Both the position numbers and the translations under genes were made by a program. This document shows positions 55,270 through 64,000 of a DNA stretch of 64,000 bases, in pieces; position 1 is the first letter of the stretch; each line of letters opens with the position of its first letter. The notes under the pieces were generated by a model. That model worked only from the letters and a program-made list of their open reading frames with translations. It searched no databases and was not told the origin of the DNA. The DNA comes from a bacterium (GTDB taxonomy: Bacteria > UBA8248), in NCBI GenBank assembly GCA_965203325.1, contig OZ241875.1, positions 1,600,001 to 1,664,000 on the forward strand, given 5' to 3'.

Positions 55270-57381
55270 ATGAGCGCGCACGAATCCCTGACGAGCCTGT
55301 TTCACCCGAAATCCTTCGCGGTGGTGGGCGCGGCTTCCGACTTGAACCGCCTGGGCGGCATCCCGCTCAGGCTCACGATGCGCTACGGCTTTCCCGGCCC
55401 CATCTACCCGATCAACCCGAGGCGCGAGGAGATAGCGGGCTTGAAATGCTACCCCGACGTGGCCTCCCTGCCCGAAGCGCCCGAGTTCGCGCTCATCTGC
55501 ACCCCGAGAGAGGACGTTCTCCCCGCCCTCGCCCAGTGCGCGGAGCGCGGCGTCAAGGCCGCCGCCGTCATCACTTCGGGCTTTGCGGAAACGGGTGCGG
55601 AAGGCGTGGCGCTACAGGAGAAAATCCTGGAGTTGCGCGATAGGTCCGGCATGCGCGTGCTCGGCCCCAACTGCATGGGCGTCGTGCACGTGCGCTCGAA
55701 GCTCATGGCGACGTTCACGATATCCATCCGCGACGACGACCCGCTCATCCCGGGCGCGGTGGCCCTCGTCACCCAGAGCGGGGCGATGGGGGCGTGCATG
55801 CTCACGGGCTTTCAGGAGAGCGGCTCCGGCATCAGCAGCCTCGTGAGCCTCGGCAACGAGGTGGACGTTGATTTCGCGGAATGCGTCGAATACTTCATCG
55901 ACGACCCGCACACGCGCGTCATCTGCGGGTATCTCGAATCGGTGCGCGACGGGGAACGCCTGAAACAAGCCGCCCTGCGCGCGCTGGGGCGGGGCAAACC
56001 CATCGTCCTCTTAAAGGGCGGCAAGACAGAAGAAGGCGCGCGCGCCGCGCGCAGCCACACTGCCGCCATCACGACTTCAAGCGACGTTTTCGACGCCTTC
56101 GCCGCGCAATACGGGATTCAGGTGCTGGGTTCCATGGATGCGTTCATCGAGATAGCGGATTTCCTCGCGCGCAGCAAACCGATTCAGGGAAACGGGGTGG
56201 GCATTCTAAGCTTCTCGGGCGGTCTGGGCTCACTCGCGGCGGACTTAAGCACCGAGGCGGGCCTCACGCTCCCCATCCTCGCGGGGGAAACACAGGAAAA
56301 ACTCGCGGGCGTCCTGCCCGACTACGCGCCCAAGGACAATCCCGTCGACTTGGTATCCCTCATGGTCAGCAAGCCCGAGAGCGAGCCGCTCAAAACGGCG
56401 GGGGAAGCGGTGGCGGGGGATGAGAACGTGGACGCCCTGCTCTTCATGATGGGCGTCTACCACCACGTGGGCGAGCAGATAGCGGCGGAGGTGAAGGCGC
56501 TCTTCGAAGCCTCATCGGTGCCCGTCGCCTTCGCCTGGCTCACCGGACCTCGCGAGCAGATAGACGCGCTCAGGAAAGCCTCCGTGCCCGTATTCGGCGA
56601 TTACGCAAGGGCGATTCGCGGCCTGGAATCCCTCCTGTCGCTCAAAAACGCGCGCGAGGCGGCCGCCTCCAGACCCCGCTCGCTCGACCCTGCGCGGGCG
56701 GAGAAGGCGAAACGAATCATACGAGAGAGTATTCCCTCTTCCGACGGCTTTCTTCCGTCCGAGACCTGCGCGGAAATTCTCGATCTCTACGGCGTCCCGA
56801 GACCGAAGGAGACCCTGGTTGAAACGTCCGAAGAAGCGCTCAAAACGTGGGAAAAGTATAAAGCGCCCATCGCCCTCAAGGTCGTATCGGACAACCTTTC
56901 GCACAAGACGGAAGCGGGCGGCGTCATTTTAGGTCTTAACACGCCTGATGAGGTTCTGTGCGCAGCTCAAAAACTGCTAGCCCTCAGCTATGATGCGCGT
57001 CTTCTGGTGCAGGAGATGATCGAGGGCGGCCTGGAGCTTCTCGTCGGCGTATCGAACGACCCGACGTTCGGCCCGTGCGTCACGGCGGGACTGGGCGGGG
57101 TGTACGTGGAAGCCCTCTCGGACGTGGCACGCCTGCTTCCGCCTTTCGATGCCGGGGAGGCCGAAGGCGCGCTGTCAAGACTTCGCTCGCGCGTCATCTT
57201 CGACGGCTTCCGGGGCGGGCCAACCGTTCAAATTCCGCACATATCCGATATAATGGTCAAAATCTCCGAACTGGCGACGGAATTAGAAGATACAGTCGCC
57301 GAGATGGACTTGAACCCGCTCATCGCGGCGGCGGAGGGCTGCATCGCCGTGGACGTTCGGATAAAGACGAAATCCCAGTGA
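55270..57381 (+). CDS. Acyl-CoA ligase (ADP-forming), fused alpha/beta
   Basis: GPNCMG, QSG, SHTA, NPVD, HKTEAGGV, DLNP. Confidence 0.92.
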   Translation: MSAHESLTSLFHPKSFAVVGAASDLNRLGGIPLRLTMRYGFPGPIYPINPRREEIAGLKCYPDVASLPEAPEFALICTPREDVLPALAQCAERGVKAAAVITSGFAETGAEGVALQEKILELRDRSGMRVLGPNCMGVVHVRSKLMATFTISIRDDDPLIPGAVALVTQSGAMGACMLTGFQESGSGISSLVSLGNEVDVDFAECVEYFIDDPHTRVICGYLESVRDGERLKQAALRALGRGKPIVLLKGGKTEEGARAARSHTAAITTSSDVFDAFAAQYGIQVLGSMDAFIEIADFLARSKPIQGNGVGILSFSGGLGSLAADLSTEAGLTLPILAGETQEKLAGVLPDYAPKDNPVDLVSLMVSKPESEPLKTAGEAVAGDENVDALLFMMGVYHHVGEQIAAEVKALFEASSVPVAFAWLTGPREQIDALRKASVPVFGDYARAIRGLESLLSLKNAREAAASRPRSLDPARAEKAKRIIRESIPSSDGFLPSETCAEILDLYGVPRPKETLVETSEEALKTWEKYKAPIALKVVSDNLSHKTEAGGVILGLNTPDEVLCAAQKLLALSYDARLLVQEMIEGGLELLVGVSNDPTFGPCVTAGLGGVYVEALSDVARLLPPFDAGEAEGALSRLRSRVIFDGFRGGPTVQIPHISDIMVKISELATELEDTVAEMDLNPLIAAAEGCIAVDVRIKTKSQ

Positions 57382-57391
57382 GAGGACACGC

Positions 57392-57826
57392 ATGAGCACG
57401 AGAATCACGCCCGAAATACGCGCCCTGGTGGGGCGAAAGCACGGCCCCTACCGCGTGAGGGTCGAGCAGGGGGCGATAGAGAAATTCGCGGACGCGGTCG
57501 GCGACGATAACCCCGCCTACCGGGGGCCGGACGCGGTCGCACCGCCGACGTTTCCCACCACCTTCCGGCCAAAGGACGCCTACCCCGATCTCCCGCCCGG
57601 TTTCGGCGACGTGGGCCTTCACGCCTCACAGGTCTATGAGGTCGAGCGGCCCATCCGCGCGGGCGATGAACTGGACATTTCCTTCACCATCGTGGACATC
57701 ACCGAAAAGTCGGGCCGCACGGGCGACCTCGTCTTCGTCGAGCGAGAATACGAGTTCACCGACGCGCGCGACGGCGCCCGCGTGGGCGGCGGCAAGTGGG
57801 TGTCGCTCAGGCGATTCAGGAACTGA
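57392..57826 (+). CDS. MaoC N-terminal-type dehydratase subunit
   Basis: FADAVGDDNP, APPTF, LHASQ. Confidence 0.85.
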   Translation: MSTRITPEIRALVGRKHGPYRVRVEQGAIEKFADAVGDDNPAYRGPDAVAPPTFPTTFRPKDAYPDLPPGFGDVGLHASQVYEVERPIRAGDELDISFTIVDITEKSGRTGDLVFVEREYEFTDARDGARVGGGKWVSLRRFRN

Positions 57827-57836
57827 AGGAGAGACG

Positions 57837-58238
57837 ATGCGCTACCAGAAGGGAGATACCCTCCCTGAACTCGTGAAGGACCCCGTCTCGCGGACGCAGC
57901 TCGTGAAATACGCCGGCGCGAGCGGGGATTACAACTCGATCCACTATGACGACGAGGCGGCGCGCGCGGGCGGACTGGAGGGCGTCATCGCCCACGGGAT
58001 GCTCTCGATGGGCTTTCTGGGGCAATTCGTCGAAACCGCCTTCGGCGCGGGAAGCTACAAGCGGCTCGAAGTCCGCTTTCAGGGCATGGTGAAGCTCGGC
58101 GAGGTCATCACCTGCCGGGGCGTCGTGACCGATTTAGCAGAAGAGAATGGCCGGGAATACGCCGCCTGCGAGATCGAGGCGGTAGACTTAAGTGGCCGCG
58201 TCGTCACCAAAGGCTGCGCACAGGCCTGGCTGGACTGA
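57837..58238 (+). CDS. MaoC dehydratase
   Basis: YAGASGDYNSIH, IAHGM. Confidence 0.88.
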   Translation: MRYQKGDTLPELVKDPVSRTQLVKYAGASGDYNSIHYDDEAARAGGLEGVIAHGMLSMGFLGQFVETAFGAGSYKRLEVRFQGMVKLGEVITCRGVVTDLAEENGREYAACEIEAVDLSGRVVTKGCAQAWLD

Positions 58239-58267
58239 AATCCATAGAACGGAAAGAGAGGAATTCC

Positions 58268-59011
58268 ATGAGACTGAAAGACAAGAACGCCCTCGTGACG
58301 GGCGCGGCCCAGGGCATCGGACGCTCTGTCTGCCAACGCTTCGCCGAGGAGGGCGCCAAGGTGCTCGTCGTCGACATGAACGAGGAAGGCGGCGAGGAGA
58401 CGGCGCGCCTGATAAGGGAAGCCGGGGGCGAGGCGCTCTTCCACAAGGCCGACGTGAGCAGCCTCGCGGAAGTCGAGGGCGCGCTCGACGCGTCCGAGGC
58501 CGCGCACGGGCCCATCCACGTGATGGTGAACAACGCCGGCATCGTGCGCGCGGCCATGCTCCACAAGATGAGCGAAGAACAGTGGGACTCCGTGATCGCC
58601 GTGCATCTCAAGGGCACCTGGACGGGCATCCACGCGGCGGCCAAGCGCATGATCCCCCGGAAAGAGGGCCGCATCATCAACGTCACCTCGGGTGCGGGGC
58701 TTCGCGGCACCATCGGGCAGATCAATTATTCTTCGGCCAAGATGGGCATCGTCGGCGCGACGCAGAGCGCGGCCCGCGAACTGGGACGCTACAACATCAC
58801 CGTGAACTGCGTCTCGCCCGCGGCCATCACCCCGATGACGGAGACGATTCGCACCGATGAGCGATTCGAGTCGAAGTATCTCGAGCGCATCTGCCTCGGC
58901 CGGTGGGGCGAGCCCGAGGAGATGGCGGCGGGGTTCGTCTTCCTGGCGTCGGACGAGGCGAGCTACGTGACGGGCATCGTGCTCCGAATCGACGGGGGAT
59001 TGGGGATGTAG
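58268..59011 (+). CDS. SDR 3-oxoacyl reductase (FabG-like)
   Basis: TGAAQGIG, NNAG, YSSAK. Confidence 0.9.
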   Translation: MRLKDKNALVTGAAQGIGRSVCQRFAEEGAKVLVVDMNEEGGEETARLIREAGGEALFHKADVSSLAEVEGALDASEAAHGPIHVMVNNAGIVRAAMLHKMSEEQWDSVIAVHLKGTWTGIHAAAKRMIPRKEGRIINVTSGAGLRGTIGQINYSSAKMGIVGATQSAARELGRYNITVNCVSPAAITPMTETIRTDERFESKYLERICLGRWGEPEEMAAGFVFLASDEASYVTGIVLRIDGGLGM

Positions 59012-59026
59012 GGGAATTATGGAATT

Positions 59027-59100
59027 GTAGGGACAACCCCCTGTGGTTGTCCCTCTTCGGAATGGATACGACCGGGACAGGCACGGGGGCCTGTCCCTAC
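59027..59100. repeat. GTAG-type REP doublet upstream of the RAYT pseudogene
   Basis: GTAGGGACAACCCC..GGTTGTCCC and GGGACAGGC..GCCTGTCCCTAC. Confidence 0.75.
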
Positions 59101-59163
59101 AAAAGGCCTTTTGTTTGACCTCGTCTCGGTTGTAATGAGTGGGTGTGGTCGAGAAATTTGCGT

Positions 59164-59745
59164 ATGAAAGACAGAAAAGCGAACATATTGAAGGGTTACG
59201 ATTATTCGCAAGGTGGATGTTATTGCGTCACGGTTTGTGTGCAGGACAGAGAGGAATTGTTCGGTGAAATCATCGACGGTGAAATGGTTTCAAATGCCGC
59301 AGGTAAAATGGTGAAAACAACATGGAACGAATTGCCGGAATTCTATAGCGGTGTTGAAACGGATCAATTCCAGATCATGCCGAATCACGTCCACGGCATC
59401 ATCGTCATTACGGGAAACGAATTCCCCCACGGAACTGTAGGGACAGGCCCCCGTGCCTGTCCTGAATATGCCCATCCTGACATGGGACAACCACGGGGGG
59501 TTGTCCCTACGATGTCATTATCGGATATCGTGCATCGGTTCAAATCTATGACGACCCATAGATACATTGCGAACGTCAATGATGGTGAATGGAGACCCTT
59601 TGATAGGAAACTCTGGCAACGATCATTCCACGATCACGTCATCCGCGACTAGGAAGACCTCAACCGCGTCCGGGAATACATCCAGAACAATCCGTTGAAA
59701 TGGGCGCTGGATGAGGAAAACCCAGCCAATCATGCGGGGCCGTAG
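59164..59745 (+). pseudogene. REP-associated tyrosine transposase (RAYT) with premature TAG at 59650-59652
   Basis: YDYS, MPNHVHGI, WQRSFHDHVIRD*EDL..REYIQNNP. The catalytic Tyr lies beyond the stop. Confidence 0.8.
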
Positions 59746-59888
59746 GGGCGATTCCCTTTCCGGGACCGCCCCACTATTCGCGAACGGCTCTATTATCTTA
59801 ATAGCCCCCCATCTGGCATCCCCGTCATGGGCCTGCTAGAATCGCCGCAGGTTTTGCCCCTTGATAACAAAAAGCGGAGGAACCGCCC

Positions 59889-60917
59889 ATGAAGGCCATG
59901 ATCCTTAAAGAGTTCGGCAAGCCCCTCGTCTATGAGGAAGCGCCCGAGCCCAAGATCGGCCCCCGCCAGGTGCTCGTCGAATCGAAGGCGAACGGCCTTT
60001 GCGCGACCGACCTGAAGATAGTGGACGGCAGCGTGAAGTCGGCCCCCACGCCCCTGATGCTCGGCCACGAGAACTCGGGCGTCGTGCTCGAAGTGGGCTC
60101 AGAAGTCGATTCCGTCACTCCGGGCGACCGCGTGGTCGTCGTGAGCAAGCAGACCTGCGGGCGCTGCCGCATGTGCCGCGCGGGCCATGAGGAGATGTGC
60201 CTGAACTCGCCGGGACGCCTGGGGATAGAGATCGACGGCGGTTTCGGCCAACTCGTCGCGGTCTCGGAACGGAACCTCGTCAAAGTCGGGGAAAACGTCT
60301 CGCTGGCGGCGGCCTCCCTCATCGGCGGGACGCTCGGCTCCCCGCTCCACGCCATCCGCATGGCGCGGCCCGAACTCGGCGAGTGCGCCGTCATCTTCGG
60401 GGTCGGGGGACTGGGGCTGCACGCCCTGCAGATCCTCCGCCACCTGGGCGTGAACGTCATCGCCGTGGACGTGAAGGAAGAAAAGCTCGCCAAGGCGCGC
60501 GAACTCGGCGCGTTTGAGACCGTGAACGCGATGGAGGCCGACCCGGTCAAGGCCGTGATGGACATGACGAACGGCTTCGGCGCGGACATCGCGCTCGAGA
60601 TCGTCGGCGGAGCCGCCGTGCCGCCCGTGCTCCAGCAGTGCATCGATCTCTTAAGGCCCGGCGGACGCCTCGTCATCCTCGGCTACTCCTTCGGCCAGAA
60701 AGTGGAAATCGACCCCGCGCAACTCGTCTACAAGTGGATCCAGATCGTCGCGTCGCACAACCACACGGTGCGCGACGTGGCCGACGCCGCGAGCCTGGTG
60801 AACGACGGCCGGGTGCGCGCCGTCATCACCGAAGAAGCCCCGATGCCGGACGCCAACGACGCGCTGGCCGCCCTTCGCGCGGGCGACCCGGTGGGCCGCA
60901 TCGTCCTCACGTGGTGA
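59889..60917 (+). CDS. Zn-dependent alcohol dehydrogenase family protein
   Basis: CATD, GHE, CGRCRMC...C, GVGGLG. Confidence 0.92.
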   Translation: MKAMILKEFGKPLVYEEAPEPKIGPRQVLVESKANGLCATDLKIVDGSVKSAPTPLMLGHENSGVVLEVGSEVDSVTPGDRVVVVSKQTCGRCRMCRAGHEEMCLNSPGRLGIEIDGGFGQLVAVSERNLVKVGENVSLAAASLIGGTLGSPLHAIRMARPELGECAVIFGVGGLGLHALQILRHLGVNVIAVDVKEEKLAKARELGAFETVNAMEADPVKAVMDMTNGFGADIALEIVGGAAVPPVLQQCIDLLRPGGRLVILGYSFGQKVEIDPAQLVYKWIQIVASHNHTVRDVADAASLVNDGRVRAVITEEAPMPDANDALAALRAGDPVGRIVLTW

Positions 60918-60981
60918 GGCGACCGGCCTGATGAGATCATACGACCTATATCAACCAACCAACGCATCCGCAGGAGGCAGC

Positions 60982-62373
60982 ATGTCGCATCGAATCGAAA
61001 CCGACAGCATGGGCGAGATCGAGGTGCCCGGGGACAAATACTACGGCGCGCAGACGGCGCGCTCGCTCGTTCATTTCAAGATAGGCGGCGACCGCTTCCC
61101 GCGCGAGGTCATCCGCGCGCTGGGGATTCTGAAGAAAGCCGCCGCGGTGACGAACGAGGAGTTGGGGATTCTCGATTCGGATAAGGCCGCGCTCATCACA
61201 CAGGCGGCGGATGAGGTGATCGCGGGCGACCTGGACGCGCATTTCCCCCTCGTTGTCTGGCAGACCGGCAGCGGCACGCAGACGAACATGAACGCGAACG
61301 AGGTCATCGCCAACCGCGCCATCGAACTCGCGGGCGGCGTGATGGGCTCCAAGGACCCGATACACCCCAATGACGACGTGAACAAGGCGCAGTCCTCGAA
61401 CGACACCTTCCCGACGGCGATGCACGTCGCGGCGGGCGAGCAGATGACGAAGAAGCTCATCCCCGCCGTGGGGACGCTTGGGGCTACGCTCGCGCAGAAG
61501 GCCGAGGCATTCGATTCGATCATCAAGATCGGCCGCACGCATCTCATGGACGCCGTTCCCTTGACGCTCGGCCAAGAATTCTCGGGCTACGCCCAGCAGC
61601 TCGAAAACGGCTTGGCGCGCGTCAGGATGTCGCTGGACGGCATCTACGAGCTGGCCTTGGGCGGCACGGCGGTGGGCACGGGCCTCAACACCCATCCCGA
61701 CTTCGCGGACAAGGCCGCCGCCCGGATCGCCGATATGACGGGGCTTCCCTTCAGAAGCGCGCCCAACAAGTTCGAGGCGCTCGCCGCGCACGATGCGGTC
61801 GTCTTCGCGAGCGGGGCGGTGAAGACGCTGGCGGCATCCCTGATGAAAATCGCGAACGACATCCGGATGCTGGCGTCCGGCCCCCGGTGCGGCGTGGGCG
61901 AGTTGCTCATTCCCGAGAACGAGCCTGGAAGCTCCATCATGCCCGGCAAGGTGAATCCCACCCAGAGCGAGGCGATGACGATGGTGTGCGCCCAGGTGAT
62001 GGGCAACGACGTGGCGGTGAACGTGGGAGGTGCTACGGGACATTTCGAGCTCAACGTCTTCAAGCCCGTGATGATCTTCAACCTGCTGAATTCCGTGCGC
62101 CTGCTGGCCGATGCGTGCGTTTCGTTCAACGAACACTGCGCGGTGGGAATCGAGCCCAACCGCCCGGCGATAGACGCCTATCTCCAGAACTCGCTCATGC
62201 TCGTGACGGCGCTGAACCCCGTCATCGGGTACGACAACGCGGCCAGGGTGGCGAAAAAGGCGTTTGCCGAGGGTGGCACCCTGCGCGACGCGGCGGTCGC
62301 CCTCGACCTCTTGACGGGCGAGGAGTTCGACGCCGCCGTCAAGCCCGAAAACATGATCGGGCCGAGGGGGTAG
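60982..62373 (+). CDS. fumC: Class II fumarate hydratase
   Basis: [27 protein letters not shown]. Confidence 0.96.
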   Translation: MSHRIETDSMGEIEVPGDKYYGAQTARSLVHFKIGGDRFPREVIRALGILKKAAAVTNEELGILDSDKAALITQAADEVIAGDLDAHFPLVVWQTGSGTQTNMNANEVIANRAIELAGGVMGSKDPIHPNDDVNKAQSSNDTFPTAMHVAAGEQMTKKLIPAVGTLGATLAQKAEAFDSIIKIGRTHLMDAVPLTLGQEFSGYAQQLENGLARVRMSLDGIYELALGGTAVGTGLNTHPDFADKAAARIADMTGLPFRSAPNKFEALAAHDAVVFASGAVKTLAASLMKIANDIRMLASGPRCGVGELLIPENEPGSSIMPGKVNPTQSEAMTMVCAQVMGNDVAVNVGGATGHFELNVFKPVMIFNLLNSVRLLADACVSFNEHCAVGIEPNRPAIDAYLQNSLMLVTALNPVIGYDNAARVAKKAFAEGGTLRDAAVALDLLTGEEFDAAVKPENMIGPRG

Positions 62374-62401
62374 CCATCAGGACAGGCACGGGGACCTGTT
62401 T

Positions 62402-62944
62402 CTACGACCCAACCTGATTTGTTGGGTTGTATTCGTCAAGCGACCATTTCAGAGGATTGTTCTGAATGTATTCACGTATGCGGTTGAGGTCGTCATCGTC
62501 GCGGATAACGTGATCGTAGAATGATCGTTGCCAATTGAAACAAGCGAGACCATGTTCGCGTATACGTTTCGATGACGTGGTCTTGAACGCGCCGACCAAT
62601 TCCGACAATGATTTGATTTTCAACGCATCTGTAGGGACAGGTCGCGACCTGTCCCAATGGGGTTGGATTATCAAAATGCCGTGGAAATGATTCGGCATCA
62701 CGACGTATTCATCCGATTCGACATAATCATATCGCTCGGACAACCATCGCCATCGCGTATCAACAATCTCTCCTGTCTGGTTCAAAACCATCTCGCCGTC
62801 GACAATTTCGCCGAGCAATTCCTCTCTGCTTCGCACACAAACCGTCACGAAATAACATCCCGCTTTTGAATAATCGTAACCTTCCAACCTGTTCAACTTT
62901 CTGTCTTTCATTCTTGAATTTCCAAATTTCTCGACCGCAACCAT
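62402..62944 (-). CDS. REP-associated tyrosine transposase (RAYT, HUH Y1), apparently intact
   Basis: MPNHFHGI, WQRSFYDHVIR, YIQNNP; flanked by REPs near 62380 and at 62992-63018. Start probably at the MKDRK ATG. Confidence 0.85.
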   Translation of the reverse strand: MVAVEKFGNSRMKDRKLNRLEGYDYSKAGCYFVTVCVRSREELLGEIVDGEMVLNQTGEIVDTRWRWLSERYDYVESDEYVVMPNHFHGILIIQPHWDRSRPVPTDALKIKSLSELVGAFKTTSSKRIREHGLACFNWQRSFYDHVIRDDDDLNRIREYIQNNPLKWSLDEYNPTNQVGS

Positions 62945-63101
62945 TCCTTACAGCCGAGTCGCCGATAAATAAAAAGGGTGGGTTTTCTCCTTAGGGACAG
63001 GTCGCGACCTGTCCCTACAGTTACGTCCTGCCGATGTGGGAATATGATCCCGTCGCGTGGCGGACAGGCACGGGGCCTATCCCTATTAAAGGCATCACCC
63101 C

Positions 63102-64000
63102 CTACCTCTCCGCGAACCCCTCAAACGCCACCGGGATCGTCTGGATATCCTGGATCAGGTCGGTCGGGAGGTCGCGGTCCGCCGTGGGGAGCATGCCCGC
63201 GTAGAGGGTGTCGACGCCGTTGCCGAAGCGCGCCTTTATCGCCTGCTTTATTTCATCGTGCGTGCCTACCGCAGCGAAAAGGCGCACCAGGTCGTCCGGA
63301 ATCTCGCCCGCCAGTTCGCCCCACTTGCCCTCGCGCGTCATCTGCCTGAGCTTTCTGCCCAGATCGCCGTAGCCGTGCATCTCGAGCACCGGCCAGTAAT
63401 CGGGCGTGGAGCCGTAAAAGCCGAGACGCACCTTGACCTCATCCATCCCGCGGCGCAGGGCCTCCTCATCGCGCCCCGTGACGACGTAGCCGCCGCCCGT
63501 GACCTCGAATTGCTCGCGCGTGATCCCGTTCTCCCCGAATCCCTCCGTGAGCCTCGGCAGGCAGAACTCCTCGAAATACCTGCTGGTGCAGAAAGGATGC
63601 AGCCGCACGCCGTCGCACCGGCTCCCTGCGACTTTCAGCATCCCCGGCCCCACCGCCGCGATGGTGACGGGCGCCATGGGCTGGCCCCCGGAGGGCGGCG
63701 TGAAGGCGGGCGTCATGAGGGAGAACTGGTAGTGTTCGCCCTTGTAATCGAGCTTTTCCCCGCTTTGCCAGGCGCGCCATATCGCGCGCAGCGATTCCAC
63801 GTATTCGCGCATCCTCGCTGCGGGCGCGCTCCAGGGCACGCTGAAGCGCCGCACGTTGTGCGCGCGAATCTGGGGGCCGAGCCCCAGGACGAACCTTCCC
63901 TCCGAGGCGACTTGTAAGTCCCAAGCCGCGTTCGCGCACACCATGGGACTCCTCGGAAAGGCGATGACCACGGCGGTCAGAAGCTCCACGCGCTCGGTCT
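63102..64000 (-). CDS. LLM-class F420-dependent oxidoreductase (5' end outside the window)
   Basis: AFPRSP, GRFVLGLG.Q, FYGSTPDY. Confidence 0.85.
   Translation of the reverse strand, partial: TERVELLTAVVIAFPRSPMVCANAAWDLQVASEGRFVLGLGPQIRAHNVRRFSVPWSAPAARMREYVESLRAIWRAWQSGEKLDYKGEHYQFSLMTPAFTPPSGGQPMAPVTIAAVGPGMLKVAGSRCDGVRLHPFCTSRYFEEFCLPRLTEGFGENGITREQFEVTGGGYVVTGRDEEALRRGMDEVKVRLGFYGSTPDYWPVLEMHGYGDLGRKLRQMTREGKWGELAGEIPDDLVRLFAAVGTHDEIKQAIKARFGNGVDTLYAGMLPTADRDLPTDLIQDIQTIPVAFEGFAER

Noticed and set aside
59650..59652. In-frame TAG in the RAYT as pyrrolysine or read-through
   Set aside because: Aligns to an acidic residue in the paralog, and there is no pyl evidence; a simple nonsense mutation or sequencing error is more likely.

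Overview
GC-rich bacterial chromosome segment. Most of it is ordinary host metabolism: gltBD, amtB, metF, sod, fumC, a sugar ABC transporter, LLM/F420-type oxidoreductases, CocE hydrolases, a MaoC/acyl-CoA ligase cluster and two tRNAs. Scattered through 0-39 kb are five small, apparently intact modules on the minus strand. Read in transcription order they are: a small HTH regulator (38.1-38.7 kb; phage link inferred), a lysis cassette (35.6-36.8 kb), Mu gp26/gp27-like genes (33.7-34.6 kb), a split large terminase plus portal (15.6-18.7 kb), and protease-capsid, head-tail and tail-tube genes (0.07-5.5 kb). This follows the gene order of a Mu-like late region, but up to 10-15 kb of host genes separate the modules, and the window shows no integrase, transposase or replication genes. 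Each of the four structural/lysis modules has the same upstream architecture: a 19-bp motif (+ strand GCAAATGCGGGGAAATGCG, a 10-bp-period tandem repeat) exactly 27 nt from a TAnAnT -10 box. I interpret this as a domesticated, dispersed, co-regulated gene-transfer-agent-like system (inference). The window also has three probable selenoproteins that the ORF track splits at in-frame UGA codons (OsmC-like, UGSC-motif, AhpD-like CxxU), each followed by a SECIS-like hairpin. Other elements are two RAYT genes with GTAG-type REPs (some inside the RAYT ORFs), a MITE-like repeat family, two low-GC toxin-antitoxin-like inserts and a hendecad-repeat protein. All family assignments come from motif recognition by eye; no database searches were run.
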